From: Ignavibacteria bacterium | Lineage (GTDB): Bacteria; Bacteroidota; Ignavibacteria; Kapaibacteriales; UBA4661 | Reading direction: 5' to 3' | DNA: 64,000 bases | Assembly: GCA_014654705.1 (NCBI GenBank) | Contig: JACVZY010000095.1 | Span: 5,045 to 69,044 of the forward strand | Part shown: positions 58,093 to 64,000 of the stretch, one piece after another | Layout: the number at the start of each line of letters is the position of its first letter | Position numbering within the stretch: position 1 is the stretch's first letter | Translations under genes and position numbers: made by a program | Notes under the pieces: generated by a model | What the model was told of the DNA's origin: nothing | Databases searched by the model: none | What the model saw: the letters and a program-made list of their open reading frames with translations, nothing else

Positions 58093-59064
58093 ATGACACT
58101 AGGCGACATTACCAAGCCAATACAACCCTACATTGACGATTTTGACAATGTACTCAAAGAGCAGATGCGCTCCAATGTGCTGCTGCTCGACACCGTTGTT
58201 CGGTATATCCTACGCCAGCGTGGGAAGCGCGTTCGCCCAATGCTTGTGCTGTTGAGTGCGGCGGTCTGTGGCGAGGTGAGCCGTAGAACGCACATTGCGG
58301 CAAGTTTGGTGGAGCTTCTGCACACTGCATCACTGGTTCATGACGACGTAGTCGATGAATCAAACGAGCGACGTGGCATGGCTTCTATCAATGGTGTGTG
58401 GAAAAATAAAATTGCAGTATTGGTAGGAGATTACTTACTTTCGCGCGGCTTACTTGTGGCGGTAGAAAATGGCGAATACGATTTTCTCAAGATTACCAGC
58501 AATGCCGTTCGGCGCATGAGTGAAGGCGAGCTACTGCAAATCCAGAAAACGCGCCAGTTGGATATGGACGAAGCGACGTATTTTCAGATTATTGCCGATA
58601 AAACCGCCTCGCTCATTTCCACCTGTTGCGAAATCGGCGCTGTGAGTGCTTCTGCGAATCCGGCGCACCACCAAGCGCTCCGAGAATACGGCGAAATCAT
58701 TGGTGCAGTCTTTCAGATTCGTGATGATACGTTTGATTATTCGGGCGGAAATTCGTTAATTGGCAAACCGACTGGTAACGACGTACAAGAAAAAAAACTC
58801 ACCTTACCCCTCATCTATGCTTTTTCGCAGGCATCGAAGCAGGAAAGTAAGGCAATTTTGAAAATCATCAAGTCCAAGCCATCCAAAAAAGAAGCACGGG
58901 TGATTGTGGACTTTGTGAAGCGGCACAACGGTATTGAATACGCCGAGCAGAAAGCGGCAGCGATGATTACCGAAGCTAAAAACAAACTGAATATTTTTGA
59001 CGACTCCCCGGCGAAAACCTCCCTCCTTCACTTCGCCGACTACTCGCTTCAACGGTCAATGTAA
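58093..59064 (+). CDS. ispB: All-trans polyprenyl-diphosphate synthase (octaprenyl/heptaprenyl class)
   Basis: There are two Asp-rich motifs (LVHDDVVDESNERRG and a second DD-containing region). The protein is 323 aa. Confidence 0.85.
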   Translation: MTLGDITKPIQPYIDDFDNVLKEQMRSNVLLLDTVVRYILRQRGKRVRPMLVLLSAAVCGEVSRRTHIAASLVELLHTASLVHDDVVDESNERRGMASINGVWKNKIAVLVGDYLLSRGLLVAVENGEYDFLKITSNAVRRMSEGELLQIQKTRQLDMDEATYFQIIADKTASLISTCCEIGAVSASANPAHHQALREYGEIIGAVFQIRDDTFDYSGGNSLIGKPTGNDVQEKKLTLPLIYAFSQASKQESKAILKIIKSKPSKKEARVIVDFVKRHNGIEYAEQKAAAMITEAKNKLNIFDDSPAKTSLLHFADYSLQRSM

Positions 59065-59201
59065 ACCATAAACCAGAGGCGAGTTCAGCCGAAAGCAGCA
59101 TTTCGGCGCCCAATCGAACAATTTATTAGCATTGTCCACAAAAGCCCTTCTTTTTCAGTGGCTTCTGTCGGCTTGCTTGTAACGCATAAAGAGGATTTAG
59201 T

Positions 59202-60377
59202 ATGAGCGTTAGCGCAACGTTTGCCGTCCAGGCGCAAGAATTTCTTGAGCAGGGGCATCCTGCCGAGGCAATAGCCTTATGCAGGCAAGGTTTGAATGAA
59301 TATCCCGACTACGTCACCGCGTATTTAGTTCTGGCACGTGCCTTTATTGCCGTTGGTGATTATGCCTCTGCTGAGCAAGCATTAGAACGCGGGGCAAAAC
59401 AGTCTCCCCGTTCGACCACCACCCGCGCTTTGCGCAAAGAAGTCCAATACGCACTTCGCCTAAAAGAGCTAAAGGAGAAACAAGCCGTAGCGCCGGTGAA
59501 TGGTGGCGTTTCATCGGGCTTGCCATCGGGCTTGCAGAGTGCATTACAAGAGGCTTCTGAAGCTGCAACATACTTGGACAGTGGCGAAACGCTTCCGGCG
59601 GAGCAGGCTGAGCGCACCATGGGAACCTATCTACGAATTATCGAAACCGATAGAAGCTCTGACGAACAGCACACCGCCTTTCGGAGCAACAATCTTCGCC
59701 TAATTCCCGGCTTGGACTTTACGCCCCTCCGCATGGAAAATCCCAGTGCAGCACAGCAAGCAGCGCAGCAACGCAATACCAGCGTGCCTGAGCCACCACC
59801 GCTCACGGAATTTGCTGATTGGCAGCAATATCAAGAATCTCTTCGCAACGACCAAGCCGTATCACTTCCCCTCGAACACGCCACGGCAGATTTTATCAAT
59901 GCAGAAATGCTTAGTGGTGAGGGAATCAAACCGGAAATGCTGAAGCCGCAAACCGGCTACTCGCGCCCACCTATGCCCACACCGCGTTTTAGCATCCGTG
60001 AAATTGAGAATTTGCCCGTAGTAGAAACCGAGGCAGTTGATACAAATGATATTGACCATCTCGCGGGGCGGCTCATGCAAGCACAAATGCCGGCAGCAAA
60101 AGATCTTCTCACCCGTGAGGCAGATATTCCCGAATATCTACGCCAAAATTCCGGCGAAACCGTGAGCGATTCACTCCCACACGCCGGAACAGTGATTATC
60201 AGCGAAACAATGGCGAAAATTTACGAGGCGCAAGGAGCACTTGCGCAAGCGCTTCATGCGTACAAGACTCTCGCCGCAGAAGCCGACGCGCAGCACAACG
60301 ACGAAAAGGCGCATTTTTTCGCTGAAAAAATTCAACATATGCAGGCGCGTATCGCCGCACAGCCCACGGGAGTGTAG
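59202..60377 (+). CDS. TPR-repeat protein with a Pro/Gln-rich middle region, hypothetical
   Basis: The N-terminus has 2-3 TPR units (AEAIALCRQGLNEYPDYVTAYLVLARAFIAVGDYASA). The C-terminus has one more TPR-like helix pair. The centre is low-complexity. Confidence 0.5.
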   Translation: MSVSATFAVQAQEFLEQGHPAEAIALCRQGLNEYPDYVTAYLVLARAFIAVGDYASAEQALERGAKQSPRSTTTRALRKEVQYALRLKELKEKQAVAPVNGGVSSGLPSGLQSALQEASEAATYLDSGETLPAEQAERTMGTYLRIIETDRSSDEQHTAFRSNNLRLIPGLDFTPLRMENPSAAQQAAQQRNTSVPEPPPLTEFADWQQYQESLRNDQAVSLPLEHATADFINAEMLSGEGIKPEMLKPQTGYSRPPMPTPRFSIREIENLPVVETEAVDTNDIDHLAGRLMQAQMPAAKDLLTREADIPEYLRQNSGETVSDSLPHAGTVIISETMAKIYEAQGALAQALHAYKTLAAEADAQHNDEKAHFFAEKIQHMQARIAAQPTGV

Positions 60378-60392
60378 GCTCTGACAACAGAG

Positions 60393-61166
60393 CTACAACC
60401 GTATCGGCAAGCCTTCACTATGTAGAAAGCGCTTCAAATCAGGAATGTGCATCTCTCCAAAGTGAAAAAGGCTTGCGGCAAGCGCAGCATCAGCAGCGCC
60501 ACATCCCGCATCGCTACGCAGTACATCGCTGAAATGCTGCATTGTGCCGGCACCACCGGAGGCAATGACGGGAATACCGACCGCTTCGGCTATTGCTCGC
60601 GTAATATCAAGCGCGAAGCCAGCTTTTGTGCCATCATTATTCATTGAAGTCAGTAAAATTTCGCCCGCGCCGAGAGACTCGGCTTCCCTTGCCCATGCAA
60701 CTGCTTCCCACTCCGTAGGCTGTTTTCCGGCATTGATGACAACATTCCACGCATCGTTTGGAGAGTGCTGCCGCACATCAATAGCAACGACCACGCACTG
60801 AGAACCAAATTCATTTGCTAGTTCCGAAATCAGAGGCGGATTTTTAACAGCAGATGAATTGATTGAAATTTTATCCGCTCCGGCACTGAGAAGACGCGAA
60901 ACATCTTCCACACGCCCGATACCACCACCGACCGTAAAGGGAATGTTCAGTGTGGAAGCTACTTTGCGAACCATATCCGTAAACGTTGTGCGACCTTCGA
61001 GTGTGGCGGTGATATCCAGAAACACCAGTTCGTCTGCACCTTCGCGGGCATAACGCTCTGCCAGCCCAACGGCATCACCTGCCTCGCGGAGATTTTCAAA
61101 ATTGATACCTTTTACCGTCATGCCGTCTTTGACATCCAAGCAAGGAATAATACGCTTTGTGAGCAT
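60393..61166 (-). CDS. hisF: Imidazole glycerol phosphate synthase cyclase subunit
   Basis: [15 protein letters not shown] ... VGGGI ... is the HisF (beta/alpha)8 signature. No other his gene is adjacent. Confidence 0.9.
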   Translation of the reverse strand: MLTKRIIPCLDVKDGMTVKGINFENLREAGDAVGLAERYAREGADELVFLDITATLEGRTTFTDMVRKVASTLNIPFTVGGGIGRVEDVSRLLSAGADKISINSSAVKNPPLISELANEFGSQCVVVAIDVRQHSPNDAWNVVINAGKQPTEWEAVAWAREAESLGAGEILLTSMNNDGTKAGFALDITRAIAEAVGIPVIASGGAGTMQHFSDVLRSDAGCGAADAALAASLFHFGEMHIPDLKRFLHSEGLPIRL

Positions 61167-61270
61167 AAAGTACAAATGAATATTGAGTTTTGAATGTGAT
61201 ACTTGGTAATGCTGAAAATATTGAACACTTGTCCAGAATTTGCCGATAAGGTATTGAACGAAATTATCTT

Positions 61271-61337
61271 GAACTATCTACACAGACAAGAATGTCTGTG
61301 CTACGGCACCAAATCTGGCTTCGGTAGCACAGACATT
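61271..61337. repeat. Composite inverted repeat. Two 20-nt hairpins (CACAGACA-N4-TGTCTGTG) are themselves the arms of a 26-bp imperfect inverted repeat separated by 15 nt.
   Basis: Read directly. It lies downstream of truA and upstream of hisF, which are both on the minus strand. Confidence 0.5.
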
Positions 61338-61457
61338 CCTGTCTGTGTTCCAAGGTATTACCCCGTCCAGATGCTTATTATCACAATTATTGGAAGAACG
61401 TGCAAGAAAAGATTTATTGCAACATCCCAGTCATCTTTGTCATCCTGATTCAGCTAG

Positions 61458-62228
61458 TTATGGTGTATCAAGGTATGCAAAAGGGTCATTGTCATAACGA
61501 ACACGCCAGAGAACAAGACCCGTCGGCGGTGCAAGCGGACTTTTGCGAGCACGGTCTTGGAGACGCAGTGCTTCCGACAAGTCCTCAGCGCTCCGTTTGT
61601 TGGTCGCGACTGCCATCATTGCGCCGACAACAGACCGCACCATGCCATAGACAAAGCGGTCTGCAACGATGTGAAAACTCCAAACGCCTTCTTCTATCTT
61701 GCTCCACTCTGCTTTCTCTACGTGGCAAACATAGTTCTCGGTGTCGGGGTTGTGCTTGGAAAAGGTCGTGAAGTTATGCGTTCCCAAGAACACGGCTGCG
61801 GCTGCGGACAGCTGTTCGGTGCTAAATGGTGTCCACACTTGCCACGCATAACGCCGACGAAAAACGGAATAGTGGTCGCTTAGGGTGTACTTATATTCGC
61901 GACGTACCGCCTGAAACCGAGCATGGAAGCGATCATCCACGAATGTGGCTGCCCGAACACGAATGTCGTACGGCATTGTTGAATTGATTGCTCTGGCAAG
62001 CTGTTGTGCGGGAATAGAGGAAGTATCGGGAAAGTCCACGTGCGCCACCTGTCCGAAGCCGTGAACGCCTCTATCGGTGCGCCCTGAACCAATGACATTC
62101 ACGGACTCACCTGTGATTGCTTGAATCGCATTTTCCAGCACTTCTTGAACCGTGAGTGCGTTTACCTGACGCTGCCATCCGGCATAGTCTGTACCGTCAT
62201 ATTCTACAAGCAAGGCGCAGCGCGGCAT
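61458..62228 (-). CDS. truA: tRNA pseudouridine(38-40) synthase
   Basis: LLVEYDGTDYAGWQRQ ... GSGRTDRGVHGFGQVAHVD is the catalytic Asp motif region. Confidence 0.9.
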   Translation of the reverse strand: MPRCALLVEYDGTDYAGWQRQVNALTVQEVLENAIQAITGESVNVIGSGRTDRGVHGFGQVAHVDFPDTSSIPAQQLARAINSTMPYDIRVRAATFVDDRFHARFQAVRREYKYTLSDHYSVFRRRYAWQVWTPFSTEQLSAAAAVFLGTHNFTTFSKHNPDTENYVCHVEKAEWSKIEEGVWSFHIVADRFVYGMVRSVVGAMMAVATNKRSAEDLSEALRLQDRARKSPLAPPTGLVLWRVRYDNDPFAYLDTP

Positions 62229-62288
62229 AGAGTTATCGTAAACATTGAATAAATAGCGAAAAACTGTGCAGTCAGAAAAAAAGCGTCG

Positions 62289-63407
62289 TTATCGTGAACC
62301 GCTTTTTTTAGCTTTCGGTGATTGCTTTTGTGTCTTTGATCCGGCTTTTGCGCGGCGCTGCTGCTCTCTCTCGTGCATTTCCGAAAACATTGCCTCAGCC
62401 GCTTCCTGCACCATACTGAAAAAATCCTCTTCGCTCAGGTCATTGTCTGCAAACGACACCATGCGGCTTCGGTTGTGCTTTTCCATCTCGTCCATCATCT
62501 GCGTTTTCGTAATTTCGCCGGAGAGCACACGCTCATAGAGGCTTTTTTGGTACAGAAGTTCTTCGAGCGCTACGTCAATGTCGTGTGTCATTGCCTGTAT
62601 CGGGTCAACTCCTATTTTCTCCGCCCTTTTGAAGTCTTTGACAATTCGCCCTTCGTCGGTACGCTCTATTTTCTTGCGCTCATTTTTGAGGCGCTGAAGC
62701 TGGGCATTACAGAGTTCCATTTCGTTTCGGAGACGCTCCATTTCTTGCTCTACAAGGTCACGGAGGGCAGAATCTTCACGAGTTAGAATATCATCAAGGT
62801 CGGCAAATTCTGATTCTAACGCCAAGAGTTCGGCGATATCACCATGCTGGTAAGCAGCGTTGATGCGCTGCATGATGCCGTGAAAACGCTTTTCAATAGC
62901 AGCATTATGCGCGGCTTTGTCGGGGTGAAACTTTGCGGCAAGGCGCTTATAGACCTCGCGTATGCTTTTTTGCTGTTCCTCCGGCACATCAGGCGCGAAG
63001 TGGTTAAAAAAATCAAAACCTGCTTTACCACGCTCCTCTGCTTGCTGGCGCATAAAGTCCGCAAAGTCCGATTCACTCATCTCCGGTGGCATCATCCCTG
63101 CGAACATATTGCCCAAATCTTCCTTCATCCAGTAGAAATCCTTGCGCTCGCTTTTGCTGAACATCGTGGACTGTGCGCACCGCTCCAGAACGCTTTGCAT
63201 TTCTTTTTGAGCGTTCTGGAGTGCTTGCATCTTGGATTGTACTGCCCCTGACGAAGACGACATAATACGCTTAATTTCATCCTTGAGGCGACTTAATTTG
63301 CTGCGCTCGGTGGTGATTTTTTTGAGAACTGCTTTGTGTTGTTTCCGAAGAACAACAAGTTTTTCTTCCTGTACCGTCAGAACACGTTTGGTGCTGAGTT
63401 GAGCCAT
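62289..63407 (-). CDS. J-domain (DnaJ-like) protein. The J domain is central and the flanks are coiled-coil.
   Basis: EVYKRLAAKFHPDKAAHNAAIEKRFHGIMQRINAAYQ carries the HPD motif. The N- and C-terminal parts are K/E/R/L/Q-rich heptad regions. Confidence 0.6.
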   Translation of the reverse strand: MAQLSTKRVLTVQEEKLVVLRKQHKAVLKKITTERSKLSRLKDEIKRIMSSSSGAVQSKMQALQNAQKEMQSVLERCAQSTMFSKSERKDFYWMKEDLGNMFAGMMPPEMSESDFADFMRQQAEERGKAGFDFFNHFAPDVPEEQQKSIREVYKRLAAKFHPDKAAHNAAIEKRFHGIMQRINAAYQHGDIAELLALESEFADLDDILTREDSALRDLVEQEMERLRNEMELCNAQLQRLKNERKKIERTDEGRIVKDFKRAEKIGVDPIQAMTHDIDVALEELLYQKSLYERVLSGEITKTQMMDEMEKHNRSRMVSFADNDLSEEDFFSMVQEAAEAMFSEMHEREQQRRAKAGSKTQKQSPKAKKSGSR

Positions 63408-63433
63408 TGATGTAGCTAAAAATGAAAAAATGC

Positions 63434-64000
63434 TTATAGTGTTGGTGTGGTCTGCACTGAAGGCAGTTCCACGATAAACGCTGCGCCCTGCCCAAGCTCA
63501 CTTTCGCACGTTACTGTGCCGTGCATTGCCTCGACCATACGCTTGACGATAGACAAACCCAAGCCTGTCGAGTGTTCACCTGCGGTGGGACGTGCCGAGA
63601 GTTTGGCAAATTTAAGAAAAAGTTTGTCTTTGTCTTGCGGAGAAAGTCCCGGACCCTCATCGCGCACTGCTGCACGGACGCGCTGGTGCGGCGCACGGGT
63701 GATACTCACAAAAATATTTTTGTCGGGTGGTGAGTATTTGACGGCATTAGAAACGAGATTTTCCAAAATTTGTATAATCAAATTGGCATCCGCTAGAACC
63801 AAGAGAGAATCCTGTTCCGAACGAAAATGAATGGTGATACGCTTTGCCGCCGCACGTTCACGGAAGTCTTCGACAACATTTTTGGTTGCTTGCGTAATGT
63901 TGACATTCGTGATGGAGATATTGATATTGCCTGTCTCTATGGCGTTTACGTCCAGCAGTTCCGTGATAATAACGTGCATACGATGAGCAGTATCCTCGAT
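63434..64000 (-). CDS. Sensor histidine kinase, C-terminal HATPase_c part. The N-terminus lies beyond the window end.
   Basis: The N box is NLVSNAVKYSP. The G1 box is DEGPGL. The G2 box is GLGLSIVKRMVEAMHG. Confidence 0.8.
   Translation of the reverse strand: MEDTAHRMHVIITELLDVNAIETGNINISITNVNITQATKNVVEDFRERAAAKRITIHFRSEQDSLLVLADANLIIQILENLVSNAVKYSPPDKNIFVSITRAPHQRVRAAVRDEGPGLSPQDKDKLFLKFAKLSARPTAGEHSTGLGLSIVKRMVEAMHGTVTCESELGQGAAFIVELPSVQTTPTL

Noticed and set aside
61203-61448. 81-aa plus-strand ORF between hisF and truA
   Set aside because: It spans the nested inverted-repeat element, has no Shine-Dalgarno or start context, and lies opposite to both neighbours. It is more likely non-coding.

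Overview
This is a 64-kb chromosomal window at about 50% GC. The organism is most likely from the Fibrobacteres-Chlorobi-Bacteroidetes group (Chlorobi-, Ignavibacteria- or Bacteroidetes-like). The reasons are a giant surface protein ending in a T9SS (Por) C-terminal sorting domain, many start codons without a Shine-Dalgarno, and a canonical sigma70 TTGACA-17-TATCTT promoter that argues against classical Bacteroidetes promoter architecture. The content is mostly core housekeeping. It includes hup, pgpA-pgsA, cinA, a type II NADH dehydrogenase, yicC, a THUMP RNA methyltransferase, gmd, folA and an HtrA-like protease. A tRNA cluster (Tyr-Gly-Gly-Thr-Trp) leads directly into secE-nusG-rplK-rplA-rplJ-rplL. 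Further on are pdxJ, der, a cNMP-gated K+ channel, a beta-CASP RNase and Ctp. Then comes a sugar-nucleotide and glycosyltransferase neighbourhood with manC and a lone split-transketolase N-subunit. After that are alr, ansA, an S9 peptidase, methylmalonyl-CoA mutase with a PduO-type adenosyltransferase, ccmF, kynA, ispB, hisF, truA, and a partial sensor kinase. There is no CRISPR array and no recognisable defence island. I did not find a convincing novel multi-gene system. The most notable observations are these. The canonical str/rif-type locus lacks tuf between tRNA-Thr and tRNA-Trp and lacks rpoBC after rplL. An integration scar sits exactly where rpoBC would be, consisting of a fragmented DDE transposase, 20-bp direct repeats, a tRNA-Leu and two bidirectional terminators. 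That tRNA-Leu's anticodon loop reads CTAAGGA, which is an apparent A34 (AAG) anticodon, unusual for bacteria. Other points are a secreted Ser/Arg-repeat protein with a Q/N/Y-rich prion-like segment; a tiny, strongly expressed, secreted Lys/Glu-rich peptide; an orphan ccmF flanked by a TDO carrying an extra C-terminal domain and by a DUF3224 gene; and several structured intergenic elements.
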